Part shown: positions 13,218-27,582 of the stretch, piece by piece
Layout: every line of letters begins with the position of its first letter
Position numbering within the stretch: the stretch's first letter is position 1
NCBI GenBank assembly: GCA_951406725.2
Contig: OX597817.1
Coordinates: forward strand, 85,808,001 to 85,872,000
Reading direction: 5' to 3'
DNA: 64,000 nucleotides
Origin: Octopus vulgaris
Taxonomy: Eukaryota
Program-made: the position numbers and the translations under genes
The notes under the pieces: model-generated
Seen by the model: the letters and a program-made list of their open reading frames with translations, nothing else
Told to the model about the DNA's origin: nothing
The model's database searches: none

Positions 13218-13450
13218 ATGTTTGTGTGTATGTTTGTGTGTCTGTGTTTGTCCCCCCCAACATCGCTTGACAACTGATGCTGGTATGTTTATGTCCCCAT
13301 AACGGTTCGGCAAAAGAGTCCGATGAAATAAGTACTAGGCTTACAAAGAATAAGTCCTGGGGTCGATTTGCTCGACTAAAGGCAGTGCTCCTGCATGGCC
13401 ACAGTCAAATGACTGAAACAAGTAAAAGAGTAAAAAGGGTAAAAGAGTAA
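12983..13450 (+). mobile_element. Full-length tRNA-derived SINE with internal microsatellite
   Basis: A box TGGCTGTGTGG, B box GGTTCAGTCCC, internal triplication of ccaaagccttgtg, (GTAAAAGA)n tail. Confidence 0.88.
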
Positions 13451-14649
13451 GTAGGGGTCACTAAATGTAACTGGTAAGAAGTAACAAATAAGATGTAGCA
13501 AGTTATATGTAACACATAGAGATGTTGCAAGTGAGAGAAGAGTTTGCATGTTGCATTCTAATAAATGGATACATTGTGATAAGTTTGAAATAAACTTGTT
13601 TGTTAATTTTGATAGAGAGTTGGTGACAGGAAGGGCTTCTGACCATAAAAAAAATCTACCTCTATGATGATAAAGATGATGATGATTACAGCCACATTAT
13701 GATTCACACATGATGATTCACATTTACAGAAGGTACCTTAAAGTGGGATTGAACTCAAGATCACATGGTTGCAAAGTGAACTTCTTAGCCACTCAACCAT
13801 GACCACACCTTACTAAACTATTGTATTGTTCATGCATTGTTAGCTTACAACTATCCTCTAAAATTGTTTCTGCATAGTCTCTTACCATCCATTATGAGCT
13901 CAATGAGATTATAGTTTCAGTCTCTTGTAGACTGGTGAGATCAATACAGTTAATGCCTATTGTGTGAAGGGAAATGTGGCTAAGAAAGGAGATCAGGGAT
14001 CTACAGTTCTGAGTAAAAAGGATTAAACTAAATCTTTTAGAGCTCAGTCTGGAGTGATGTGAGGAGGAGAGATAGGTGCATCCAATGGAACTGAGTGGGA
14101 GTGGTACAGAAGACGTGAAAAACAGAACATTGCAGCATGATGATAACAGCCAAAGAAACAGAGAGAAAACAGCATGTCTCAGTGCTAGAGACTATAACAT
14201 GTTACAAAATATATCTTTGCCAATCTGCTCGGTGGCTTTTTATTTTTATTTATGCAGTGTTTTTCTTTTATCTCTTAGTCAAAAGAAAAGAATTATGACT
14301 GTTTATAGAACCTCTAAGATTGGTGAGAGAGATGGGGGCAGTTCTCTCATACCAGAAACTGGCAATAGAATGAACTGTGTTAAAGACACCCAAGGACCAG
14401 ATGCAGGTTTTAAATAGACCAAGGCAGGAGTGAAACTCAGAATATAAAAAGCCAGAATACCAGAAGGTGCTCTAAGGGTTTTATCAGTACACCTCTCTAG
14501 ACAGGTACTTTATTTATCAACCTTTGTAGGATGAAGACAAGGTTGACAAGGGCAAGAGTTGAACTCAGAAAACAGGGTGTCAAAATAACTACTATAAGGT
14601 ATTTCACCCAGCTCTAAAACAAACTTTGCCAATTTATCTCTTTCTCTAA

Positions 14650-15130
14650 AATATGTGTTGCAGCAGTATGCAGATGTGTACAGAAGTACCACACAAAAGT
14701 GTGCAGCAGCACCATATGGATGTGTGTGTAATAGCAGCATCATACTGATGTGTGCAGCAGTACCATGTAAATGGATTACAACAGTGCCATGTAGTGGCAT
14801 CATGTAGCAACTCCATGTAGCAGCACCATGTAAGCAACAATATGTATGGCAGCAATATCATGAAAATGTGCTGGAGGAGTACCAAGCAAATGTGTGTAGC
14901 AGCACTGTGCAGATGTGTAGTACCCACATTATGCAAATATGTAGCTACAGCAGCACCATACAGATATGTGTCTAGCAGCAGCAACACACAAATGTGTGTG
15001 TAACAGCAGCACTATGCTGATGTGTAGCAAAACCATGCAGATGTACAGCAGCAGCAGCACTATGCAGATGTCTTACAGCAGAATCATGCTTATGTGTAGC
15101 AGCAACAACAGCATGCATATGTGGATGCAG
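14650..15130. repeat. Degenerate minisatellite, ~22-26 bp unit (gcagcagcaccatgcagatgtgtgta)
   Basis: About 20 diverged units visible. Confidence 0.8.
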
Positions 15131-15645
15131 TTTCTTTATAATATGTCTAGTAAGTATTTGTCCAAGACTTTTATTGAAGTTCCATAACAGAGTATTGATC
15201 TAAGTAATGCTGTATTTGTATGAGGTCCTTCACCTCCAGACACCATAATAAACTGTATAGCCAAGTTTGCAACATCACATGATTCACATGACCATTGACT
15301 TGAGTCACATGACAAAACAAGTATGTCAAAACTGCAATGCTACAGCAACGTAAATATTATATACCTTAAAGAATAACATGTTTTCATTATCATTATCATC
15401 ATCATTTTAATATCCACTTTTCCATGCCTTCATGGGTCAGACAGAATTTGTTGAGGCAGATTTTCTACAGCCAGATGTTCTTCCTGTTGCCAAACCTCAC
15501 CTGTTTCCATTGCCAGACATGTTTTTGCAGAAGATTGGAAAGACACTGCTTGTATGACAGTGAGTGACAATGACAGACAGACAGATAGACACACTCACAC
15601 ACACACACACACACACACACAAGTATTCATACATACATGCATACA

Positions 15646-15677
<32 letters not shown>

Positions 15678-18479
15678 AGTGCTTGCATGTATGCATGTTC
15701 ACATGCATGTATATGATAGGTTTCTTCCAGTTTCTATCTGCTAAATCCATTCACAAGGCTTTGGTCAGCCTGAGGCTGTAGTAGAAGATGAACCCAAAAC
15801 CATGTTGTTGGGAAGCAAACTTCTTAAACACACAGCCACACTTATGACCACTCCTGCACTTATTGTACAGAGAAAACAAGTGATCAGAATTAAAGAACCT
15901 TCAAGCCCTGAAAAGATATACTAGTCATTGGGATGTCGATTTGGCATTATTGTATTATGTGAGGCTACTATGAGGGATTATCATAATATGGTAGACCTAG
16001 AAATTGTGATGTGTTTGAGGATTTTGTTTGAATATTGCTCCTACGTAGAAGACAATATTGTTCATATGTAATCTTGAAACTGTTGCAAGAGGCAAGGTTC
16101 TCTGGTGCCCACTGGAAGATATTTTATTGCATAAAAAAGAGCTTTGCAATTCCAGCAAAATGTTTTTTCTTAATGAAATATTATATTTCCTTTTTGTTGA
16201 AACAGCAGCTTTTTTTAATTTTAATTTTCTCCCAAGAGTATGATGTATACACTACAGTATACATAGATCAGAATGGAATTAAACTGTTAAAATATCCACA
16301 CTTATTCAAATTTCAAGGTTTGCCCCAATAAACTGTAAAAACCTCTGGTTAGCTACTTAAGTAAATAATAATGATTTCTTTTGACTCTGCATAATGTCAA
16401 AATAATTGGCTGAATCAATTACAGACTATTAACTGATATTTTATCAATCCTCCATGGAATGAACAGCTAAGTCAACCAACACCACCACCTAAGATTTGAA
16501 ATCAAGCTAAGTTAAGTAAATAAAATTAATTAACAAACTTGAAAATCTAATTCTCTTTCTCAACTCATATTTTAGTAAAATATTGTACAATAGCAGGCAT
16601 AGCTGCATGGCCAAGAAGTTTGTTTACCAACCATGTAGTGTCAGATTCAGTCCTATGGCATGGCAGCTACTGTAGCCCCAAGTAGACCTAAACCTAGTGG
16701 GAGGATTTGGCAGAAAAAAACTGAAATGAGCCTGTTATATGTGTGTGTATTTCCATGTTTTGACATCACATCATCATTGTAAACAAATGTCACTGTTGTA
16801 CAAGCAGTGCCCTTCATTTTCAGTCTTTCTTAAAAATATGTCCCAGCTTCCCAGCTGATGCACTGCTATAATTTTTAGGCACAGGCATGGTTATGTGGCA
16901 AGAAGCTTGTTTCCCAACCACATGGTTTCTGGTTCAGTCCCACTGTCTTCTACTACAGACATGGGGGCACCCAAAGCCTTGTGAGTGTGTTTTGTAAATG
17001 GAAACTGAAAGAAGCCCAGTGTTGGTGTGTTTATGTCCCCATAACTTAGTGGTTCAGAGACCAATAAAATAAGTACCAGGTTTAAAGAAAATAAGTAGGG
17101 TCAATTCATTCAACTAAAATTTCTTCAAGGCAGTGCCCCAGCATGGCCACAGTCTAATGATTGAAACAAGAAAAAGATTAAAAGATAAAAGATGTCCAGT
17201 TATTGGAAATATTACCTTCCTTAGAAACAGGTTATGTTTGGTGACAAGAAGGGCATCTACTGATAGTAATTCTGTCTCAATGAATTCCATCTGACCCATT
17301 TAAACATGGGAAAATGAACACTAAAGCAATGATCATCATCATTGTTTAACGTCTGCCTTGCATGCTGGCATGGGATGCCCTTCCTAACACCAACCACCCC
17401 ACAGAGTGCTTTTTACATGACACAAGCACAGGTGAGATCAGTTTTGGCATGGTTTTTACAGCAGGATGCCCTTCCAAATGCCAACCACTTCACAGTGTGG
17501 ACTGGATACCTTTTACATAGCACCAGTACCAGCAGGGTCATCAAGTAACTTGCAAGACAAATAATTTTTGAGAGGAGAGGGGGCATCGTAAGAGGTGATC
17601 TTGTGTCAGATGATGAAAGTTAGCATGTGACAGAAGCAGGAACAGGTGTCTTGCTATAGAGGAAGTACAATGATAATGATAATAATTAGAATTTAAGGTG
17701 TCTGCAGGTGGTCTCTGTTAGATAGAGTCATGTTGGTACAAAACAAAAAGACTTCACTAAGAAAAAATCATTTCATGATTAAATAATTATTTAAGGCAGT
17801 GAGCTGGCAGAATCGTTAGCATGCCAGGCAAAATGCTTAACAGCATTTCATCTATCTTTACATTCTGGGGTTAAATCTGCATTTCATCCTTTTGGGGTTG
17901 ATAAAATAAGTACCAGTTGAACACTGGAGTTGATGTAATCAATTTATCCCTCCCTCAAAATTGCTGATCTTGTGTCTATAATAGAAAGGATTATTAGGTA
18001 ATTATTTTCCCAAAATATTAAATAATTGTTTTTTGGTGCCAAACTGTTGTATCGTAAAACTGTACACCCCTCCCAGTAAAAAGTGGTAGTAAACAGCCAT
18101 TATAAATAGACCTGTAGCCAGTCAACAAGAGAAGGTCAAGAGTACGTGTAGACTGTTGATAGTTGTGTCTGTGCTGATATAGTAATAATACTGTGATACT
18201 GAGTGGATGCTATAATGATCCAACCTTTTGAGGATAATAACACTGTATGACTGGGGTTCATACAGTAACAGATAGAACCATCTTATCGATGACTTCGGAA
18301 TATATCAATGTTTGTCAGAGCAACAACCATCATCAAAAGACAGATACAACAGAGGCAAAAGACCACTTTACAACAAAAACCAAAATATCTCAATTCTGGT
18401 ATATTATTTGACTAAATGATTGATTTGGAAGAAATAAAACTATTAAAACAAGGTAAGGCTTAAAATATTTAGTTGCTGT

Positions 18480-19255
18480 GTTGGTTGGTCGGTTGGTTGA
18501 TTGGTTGGTTCGTTCGTTGGTTCGTTGGTTCGTTGGTCAGTCAGTTGGTTGTCAGTCAGCCAGTCAGTCAGTGGGATGGTTAGTTGGTCGGTTGGTTGCT
18601 TGCTTGCTTGCTTGCTTGCTTGTTTAATTGGTTGCTTGGTTGCTTGCTTGCTTAATTGATTGGTTGGTTAGTTGGTTGGTTAGTAGTTTTGTTGATAGAT
18701 TGGTCATTGGTCAGTCAGTTGGTAGCCAGTCAGCCAGTCAGTCACTAGGATGATTAGTTGGTTGATTGGTTGATAGATTAGTCAATTGGTTAGTCAGTTG
18801 GTTGGTGAGTTGCTTGCTTGCTTAATTGGTTGGTTCTTGATTGGTTAATAGATTGGACATTTGGTTGGTCAGTTGCCTTGTTAGTCAATTAGTTGGTTGG
18901 TTAATTGGTTGATTGGTTTGTTGGTTGGTTGGTTGCTTGCTTGCTTGCTTAATTGGTTGGTTGGCTGGTTGATAGATTGGTCAGTTGGTCAGTCAGTTGG
19001 CCAGTCAATCAGTCAGTCAGTTGGTAAGTTGCTTGCTTAATTGGTTGGTTGGTTGATTGGTTAATTAGTTAATAGACTGGTTAGTTGGTCAGTCAGTCGG
19101 TTGGTTAGTTGCTTGCTTAATTGATTAGTTGGTTGGTTGGTTGGTTGGTTGGTTGGTTGGTTGGTTGGTTGGTTGGTTGGTTGGTTGGTTGGTTGGTTGG
19201 CTGGCTGGTTGGTTGGTTGGTTGGTTGGTTGGTTGGTTGGTTGGTTGGTTGGCTA
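18480..19255. repeat. Compound tetranucleotide microsatellite (GGTT/GCTT/AGTC)n
   Basis: About 780 bp, mosaic at left and pure (TTGG)n at right. Confidence 0.95.
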
Positions 19256-19990
19256 GCTGTTTTACATAAATTTTAGGGTATACTGGTTAGGAAAAGAAAA
19301 ATTTAGATGCTAACAGAGTCTTGGCATGTGTGACAGATGTCATTAATTGACAAGAATACTTAGTAACAGAAGTGAGAGGTAGAAAAAATAGTGAGAAGGA
19401 TTCCTTAATGATGTTTAAACTGTATTTACCAACAGATTAGAAATTATAATTGACAATGTGGGTGGGTGCAGAATTGGTTAACCATATGTCAAATATAAAA
19501 TGGTATGGAAAAGTTTGATAAACAGCAGTTAACGGTTATTTGAAATTTAGTACATATAAAAATTGTAATAAATGTCAGTTTTAATCAACATTATAAAAAG
19601 CCAAGTTATGTGTTCCTTTTCATCTTCACCAGTTACCCATTTTCTATTGCATTATGGGAATGTGAAGAGAAAGTAGTGGTTGTGCTAAAAACAGTGGAAG
19701 AGAGAAAAGATGGTGATGCTGATGACAACAATAACAATGGTGGTGGTAGTGGTGGGAGGTAATGATGATGACAATGATGATGATGATGATAACAATGATG
19801 ATGGTGGTAGTGATGGTGGTGATACCAATCCTAAGGCTGGGTTTGGATTCAGAACCTTTAGTACCAACACTGGTTTCCAACACTCTTCAACTATGAAAAT
19901 TATTTACAAAATTCTGAAATATTTAAAGTCAGTTCAGTTACAGTAGCTGAGTTACAGTGCTGGGATTGGTGATTAGGTTATCTGATAGTG

Positions 19991-20034
<44 letters not shown>

Positions 20035-20331
20035 GTGTGCGTGTGTGCGTGCGTGCGTGCGTGCGTGTGTGTGTGTGTGTGTGTGTACCTCTTTGGTTTT
20101 CCTGTGTTTCACTTTGGTTCATTATAATGGAAATTTCATTCCAAAGAAGTATGTGGTATCCCTTTTCACACTATATATGTTCTGCTATTTCTAACTTCAA
20201 TTTTTTTTTTCTCTGATTCTGATCTTTTACATGAAAGATAGGGTTAATGGTCCAGAAATTTTAAATTACTTTTGCAATAACTCATCTCAAAAATTCACTC
20301 ACTCACCCACTCACATATACATGCGCACACA

Positions 20332-20384
<53 letters not shown>

Positions 20385-20449
20385 TACACACACGCACATA
20401 ATACATACATGCATGCATATATATATATATATATACACATACTAAGTCA

Positions 20450-20995
20450 ATATCGAACCTTATCCAACGACAGTCACCTATGCCTACCCCACTTTGCTTG
20501 CGAAGACCTGTTGGGGCAAGTGAAATCGAAATCGAAATCGGAATCGAAATTGAACCAATCCTATGACTGGCACCTGGCAGATGCCAGGACTCCTGGACTG
20601 GAGATACGTAAAAAGCACTATCCGAATTGTGGCCGATGCCAGCGCCGCCTCGACTGGCTTCCGAGTCGGTGGCACGTAAAAAGCACCATCCAAATCATGG
20701 CCGAAGCCAGTGCCACCTCGACTGGCTTCCGTGCAGGTGGCACGTAAAATGCACCAATCCGCCCGTGGCCGATGCCAGCCTCGCCTGGCTCCAGTGCAGG
20801 TGGCACGTAAAAAGCACCCACTACACTCACGGAGTGGTTGGCGTTAGGAAGGGCATCCAGCTGTAGAAACATTGCCAGATAAGACCGGAGCCTGGGGCAG
20901 CCTTCTGGCTTCCCAGATCCCCGGTCGAACCGTCCAACCCATGCTAGCATGGAAAACAGACGTTAAACGATGATGATGATGATGATGATGATGAT
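20450..20995 (+). mobile_element. RTE-related 3'-end element with internal ~64-bp tandem repeats and (GAT)n tail
   Basis: ggtggcacgtaaaaagcacc repeats, ggttggcgttaggaagggcatccagctgtagaaac core, gacgttaaacgatgatgat tail. Confidence 0.85.
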
Positions 20996-21014
20996 ACAAA
21001 TAAACACAGATATG

Positions 21015-21045
<31 letters not shown>

Positions 21046-21046
<1 letters not shown>

Positions 21047-22780
21047 GGAAGAAATTCCAACCACATTTTATGATTCACTACCTTTATAGGATCCAGTGGC
21101 TAAAGACATCATCTGAAGGAACCACATCTGGTTTTGGCTCCTACTCCTCTACTGTTTTTGATATTGCAGGACCCTTCCCTTTCAGAGGTGTTGCGTGTTT
21201 TTTTTTTCTCCTTTTATCTTTGGTTTCTTTGATGCAGTGTCAATGAATGTCAGCAAGCAAATGACCATCCTGCCAAATTTCCCTTTAAATACTCGCTGGT
21301 AGGCTCTACCAGCCAGCACCAACTAACTGTCACATGACACTATCTAAACTTCAACTGACCAATGGAGGGAAGGACACATAGTTTTAACCCGCACCCACTC
21401 TAAACCTATTTTCCAACAGTGGTGTGTTAGTTTCAGTTCCAACAACCAGAGCTGACTAGCTGTCTGGTGATACAAGCCTTTGAACCATCGGGGAGGAAGG
21501 CACACAATGAACAAGATCACTCCCTTGGCCCAGTGCCAGCCAGCCTCACCTAGCAATGCTATTTCCCAGTCAGCATGTTATGACTTTTGAGCCATTTCAG
21601 GTCTTCTCATTTCAGCTGGCTTTGTCAACTGCCTCCTGTATCCTCCTTATTACTTTTCTCAGCTCTGAGCTCAAAAATGCAAACTTTCTTTTAAATAATG
21701 TCACCATTTTTCTTTCAATGAAGCCTGTAGCCTCCACTACCAGGTGGTAATACTCAACAATCCACCCCTGTTCCCCACACTCTTCGATTAATCTCTCATA
21801 CCTCTTCTCCTTCCATTGTTCTGCATTAGCAATATTCTTTTCCCATGGCACTGTCAGCTCTAGCAAAATTCCAATTTTACATTCTGTGTTCCATAGGATT
21901 AAGTCCGGTCTTTTTGTTGTTTTTATGAGTGAAAATATTAAGTCTTCCTAACTCCGCAGCAAGCTCCCAATATCCCTTCCATATTTCGTTTGTCTTGTAT
22001 AATTTTTTTGAAGGCCTGGTCTCTTATGTCCTTTTCCCTCCTGAAAGTATATCCTTCAGTGCTTTTCCACTTTTGGGTACTCCCCACTATTGTATCCCTC
22101 GATCTTCTCCTTGAGTGCTGTGCTTATCACACTGAGGACTTGATTGTGGTGCCATGTGTATCTGTCTAGTGCTAGCTTGCAGTTTGCCTGAACATGTCTC
22201 ACTGTCACTTTCTCTTCGCATCTATATTCATCAGTCTTTTGTGTGTTCCACCAGACTAAATTGGCCAGTGAAGGCAAAACGTCGAAGGTATACTTGATCA
22301 TGAAGGCTGTTCTTGCTTGTTCTCAAGCCCAAATTTCCTTCCATGAGATTCTGCAACTGACTACATATTCCTCTCATTTCAAGCACTGTCTCTGTTGAAT
22401 ACATTGCACCAAATGTACATTTTGCCTTTCTTTTTCCTCCTTTCTCACTTCATGTACTACTGCCTCTTTCATCTCTTTTACACTGCTCATGCAAAATGGC
22501 TTGAAATTGTGCGACCCTAGACTGGCTCTTGCTTCTTAGTTTTCTGATTACATTGTTTACTGCTTCTTCTGCTTTCCATTTCCTCCCTGTTTGTACCTTT
22601 GGTGGGTTTTCTCGGATGTTCTGATCTTTCGAATACCTTAGCATCATTACAGTCCTTGCCTTTCCTGCTTTATATTCTTTGGCGATTGATGTTATTGGTA
22701 GTTGCAACATAGTTTTTCCATATAGTGCAATTGTATTCAATGGTTTGGGAAGACCAAGCCATTTTCTGATAAACACAGAA
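21046..22780 (-). mobile_element. 5'-truncated RLE-type non-LTR retrotransposon (HERO-like), decayed
   Basis: RKWLGLP..ALYG..LQLPI..EYKAGKAR..TGRKWKAEEAV; DVLPSLANLVWW..RYTWHHNQVL; RPDLILW..LLELTVPWE..EKRY..GW..VVEATGF (restriction-like endonuclease). Confidence 0.85.
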
Positions 22781-23255
22781 ATAAGGAATATCCTTAATCC
22801 AAGATATTATTAGTTACCAGTTCATTGAGGGATTAAGGATTGGTTTGTAGATCCATGATCCATGATCAAAGGATTAAGGATAGCAAAAGATAGTGTCAGT
22901 TAGCAGATCCATTGTTGAAGTATAACAAAAAAATGCATGGTAAAAGAAGACAGAGCCTGCCAATTACATTATTTTATTTGATTGATGGTTTATAACACAA
23001 ATCCTAATGCAGTAAATAACTACTTATGTATAACTACCTAACACTTTATCCCACAGATATGTCATTAGGATAAGGCATAAACTAACTTAACTTAAGTTAT
23101 TATATCTACCTTATCATATTCCTTTATTTATTTATTTTTTAACTAAATGGATTTTACCATATAGCCTAATACAGTAAGCAACTACCTCGTTATAGCTATT
23201 TTCATAGATAGGTTGTTAGGGTAAGCCATAAACTCACTTAATTTAGTGAATCTAT

Positions 23256-23563
23256 ACTCTTTTACTCTTTTACTTGTTTCAGTCATTTGACTGTGGCCAT
23301 GCTGGAGCACCACCTTTAGTCGAGCAAATCGACCCCGGGACTTATTCTTTGTAAGCCCAGTACTTATTCTATCGGTATCTTTTGCCGAACCGCTAAGTGA
23401 CGGGGACGTAAACACACCAGCATCGGTTGTCAAACAATGCTAGGGGGACAAACACACACACACACATACATATATATACATATATACGACAGGCTTCTTT
23501 CAGTTTCCATCTACCAAATCCACTCACAAGGCATTGGTCGGCCCGGGGCTATAGCAGAAGACA
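23256..23563 (-). mobile_element. tRNA-derived SINE (5'-truncated copy of the 12983 family)
   Basis: Near-identical to 481-720 plus 1186-1263. Confidence 0.85.
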
Positions 23564-24504
23564 TAACTATACGTAACCATCATATTCATTGTCATCATTA
23601 TTTAATGTTTGTTTTCCATACTGGCATGGGTTGGGCAGTTTGACAGGAGCTGGCTAGACAGAAAACTGCACCAGGCTTCACTGCCTATTTTGGTTGTAGC
23701 TGGATGCCCTTCCTAACATCAACTACCTTAGAGAGTGGGCTGAGTGCTTTTTTGTGTAGCACCAGCACCAGCGAGATCTACTTAGGCATGGTTTTTACAG
23801 CTGGATGGCCTTCCAAATACCAACCACATTACAGTGTGGACTGCCAGGGTCACCAAATAACTCACATGACAAAGATCATTTGAGAGGAGGTGGCTTTGTA
23901 CCAGGTGATGAGAGGTTAGAGTGTGACAGAGGGGTAGAAACAGGTGTCTTGCTATAGAGATGATACATGGTTGCCCAGTCAGAGGGAGAGAACAAGAGAG
24001 GGAGAGAAAGAGAGACAGTAATCAAGAATGAGGGAGGGAGAGAGAGAGTGAAAGAGAGTGACAGTGTGAGAGTGTAAGAGAGAGGGTGAAAGAGAGCAAG
24101 TGAGAAACAGTGGCAATGTGCCAGGATATATCTTCAAGATATAGAGATCAGAATATAAATGGAATGCTAGAGTACTGCCAAGAGTGCATGAGTAGGGAGT
24201 AGGTAGCTCACATGAATGCAAAGAGTTGGAAGGGGAAGCAATAACTGACTCCATCTTATTTTATTTAATTTATGGAATATACTTCTCCCTTAATTCATGT
24301 TTCTGTACCTCACCTGGGTTATAATTTACTTAACACCTATTATAATTAAACACTAGTTAAACTAAATTTATGTATTTGCCTTACCAGATATCTTTACTCA
24401 GCATTTTTATTTATTTACTTTATTCCATTATTTATTACACTATCTATTATTATTATTTTATTCAAGTCATCCTTATAATTTGCTCTACTCTAACTGGATG
24501 AAAA

Positions 24505-24768
24505 TAAATAAATAAATAAATGCACCCTTTTAAAGCCTAGCCAGGCTCATGGGCCCGGTTTCCCAGTCTCTATGGCGCATGTGTTCCCCAGCTGGACAGG
24601 ATGCTAGTCCATTGCAGCGTTACTCATTTTTGCCAGCTGAGTGGACTGGAGCAACGTGAAATGAAGTGTTTTGCTCAAGAACACAATGCATCACCCGGTC
24701 CAGGAATCGAAACCACAATCTTACAATCATGGTGCTGACACCCTAACCACTAAGCCATGCACCTCCAC
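24505..24768 (-). mobile_element. tRNA-derived SINE (V-domain-like) with target-site duplication
   Basis: Head tggcttagtggttagggtgtc..gtttcgattcc, (TTTA)n tail, flanks aactggatgaaaa / aacttgatgaaaa. Confidence 0.8.
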
Positions 24769-25265
24769 AACTTGATGAAAAGTTATATTTTATTTATTTA
24801 TCGCTTCCCAGTAAACTTACACTTTTAGTAATATTGGTTTCAAATTTTGGCACAAGGCTGGAAAGATTTTGGTGTGAGAGAGTCAGTCGATTACATCAAC
24901 CCCAGTGCTCAACTGGTGCTTATTTTATCAACCCTGAAAGGATGGAAGGCGAAGTCACCTTGGCAGAATTTGAACTTAGAATGTAAAGACAGATGAAATG
25001 CCACTAAGCATTTTGCATGGCATGCTAACAATTCTGCCAGCTTGCCACCTTTGTACTTTCAGCTCTCTAACATTATAACAACCCCCATACCCACCTCACC
25101 CCTCTATCCAATAAACCTAGTCCACGCTGGTGAGTCAACAATACAATTTGGTCCTTGCATTGCATCTGGCCTCCATCATTCCTTATCAATGGAGTTCCAT
25201 GCTTACTCATCCCTTTGTGTATATATGTATGTTTTATGACTGTGTGTGTGTTTATACGTGTATGT

Positions 25266-25303
<38 letters not shown>

Positions 25304-25376
25304 CAGTATAGATATATGTACATATGGGTACATATATGTATGTAAACATGAACATGTATGCATGTGGATATGCATG

Positions 25377-25416
<40 letters not shown>

Positions 25417-26171
25417 AATATTTCGCTTAAGCTTTGCAATACTAATAACCTGGTGTAGAACTCAATATATCTATGCTTCTGAACAGAGTATTAGTCAAGT
25501 ACAGAGAGGCAATAAGAAAATGAATTTGTGTACAGTAGATTATGCCAGTATTTCATGTGACTTAATCAGAAGTTGAAGATCTAAGCCAAGTCAAATCTCT
25601 ATGCAACTATGTGATGTGCTAGAAATAGACTCCTTTCTCTAGATTCCAATTTCAAATTCTAAAAGAGTTATTGTTAGGCTAACCAATACAAATAGCTGCT
25701 AATACACCATAATTAAATCAGATATAGCACACAAACCTCTTAGAATGCACTTAAAAAGCTGTTATCCAAGTATTTGACAATGTAATAAAGTGACTATAGA
25801 GGATTAAATCCATAACAGTCATAAAATGGTTTCTAATTTAAGCATAAAGCCAGCTATTTTTGATGGGGAAGGTGTTAACTGATACCATCAACCCTTATAC
25901 TTGATGGTAGTTTATTTTTACCACCTTAAAGGAAAAAAGGCAAAGTTGATCTTGGTGAGACTTGAACCCAAACTATAAAGAGTTAGGAAGATGTTTGCAA
26001 AGTATTTTTTTCAGTGTTCCAACAATTCTGTTAGCTCACCACCATTATAATATTTGTATAATAATCTTTACTCTCCATTTTTCAAGGATGAACAGTAATG
26101 ATTATTCTATAACTATTACATTGAGGTTGATTTACTCCAACAAACCCTACACTACAAATATATGAGCCTTT

Positions 26172-26518
26172 AGGTACATGGTTCAGTGGTTAGATCATTG
26201 GGCTTACAATTATGGGATTGTTAGTTTGATACCTGGATCAGACTGTGTGTTGTGTTCTTGAGCAAGACACTTTATTTCACATTGCTCCAGTTCACTCAGC
26301 TGTAGAAATGAGTTGCAATGTCATTGGTGCCAAGCTGTATTGACTTTTGCCTTTCTCCTGGACAACATCAGTGGTGTGGAGAGGGGAGGCTGGTATACAA
26401 GGGCAACTGCTGGTCTTCCATAAAAAAAACCTTGCCCAGACTTGTGCCTAGGAGGGGAACCTTCTAGGTACAATCCCATGGTCATTTTTTATTGAAGGGG
26501 GTCTTTACCTTTTACCCC
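26172..26518 (+). mobile_element. tRNA-derived SINE with tttacc tail
   Basis: Same family as the inverted copy at 53315-53650. Confidence 0.75.
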
Positions 26519-27582
26519 TAGCTTTGAGGCAATATAAGCTACCAATAACTAATCAGTAAATTCGGTTCACCATGTCAAATATGATTGTAGGTTTTTTTGT
26601 TTCTTTTTTTATCATGCATTTTGTGATCAGTGGATGTGGACAGATAAATGTATGGATTTGAAATGGTTAAACAAAAAGAAAATAAAGTTGATAAGCATCC
26701 TTTTAAGAATAAAAAGAGATTTATTGAAATTTACCAATTCTTAATACATAAAAAAAAATAAAAGATGGAAAATAGCAAATTATCTGATTTAACTGTTGAA
26801 CCATTTTTCAACACAGTTTGCTTCCATGATTTTTTTTTCTGCTTCTGCTTTTGGTTCTTTGTCTATAAGCAAAATTTTGTTTCATAACAGCACATGCTTT
26901 TACATTCATACACCATATATGTTCCGATATATCTGTTCTCTCTCTCTCTCTCTCTCTGATCAGAGTAGTTGGGTGATCTTTAACCTTGATGTTATAAATA
27001 CAATTCTTTAACATGTTCAACTTTGTAGTGGGCTATCTGCATGTGATAGTATTACTCCTGAAAACTATTCTGATCTTCAGATAATGTACAGATTTCTTCT
27101 GCATTTTTTGGGTAGGGTCACAATTAATTTGGGTTTTGTTCTTGCCTTATAATTGTGAATGAATATAAGTATCAAGTAATCATTTCTACTATAGCCACAA
27201 GGCCTGAAATCCTTGAGGAGGGGGTTTAGTCTGTTACATTGACCCCAATGCTTGACTGGTACTTATTTTATCAACACCAAAAGAATGAAAAGCAGAGTTA
27301 ACCTTGGCAGAATCTGAACTGAGAATGTAAAGACAGGAGAAATGCTGCAACACATTTTGTCCTGTGTGCTAATGATTCTGCCAGCTTGCTGCTTCATAAC
27401 TATCAACTATTAAGTTATCTAGTAGTTTACTTCCTGTTATAAGCCAACTGGTGCAAGTAGTTTTTCTTTTATATTTTATTTATATTATATATATCATTTA
27501 GTGTGTGTGTATGTGTGTGTTTTTTTTTATCTATATCACATATTTTTATTTATTATACATACAGGAAAAATATTTTCTTAAC

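Noticed and set aside
16044-16250. Open minus-strand frame with possible splice sites
   Set aside because: Weak sites, no homology, and phase incompatible with the 27583-27810 candidate exon.
18280-18420. Peptide DDFGIYQC resembling an Ig-domain motif, and a 9-bp hairpin at ~18242-18266
   Set aside because: In-frame stop just upstream, no acceptor and no other Ig features; the hairpin is too short for a miRNA precursor.
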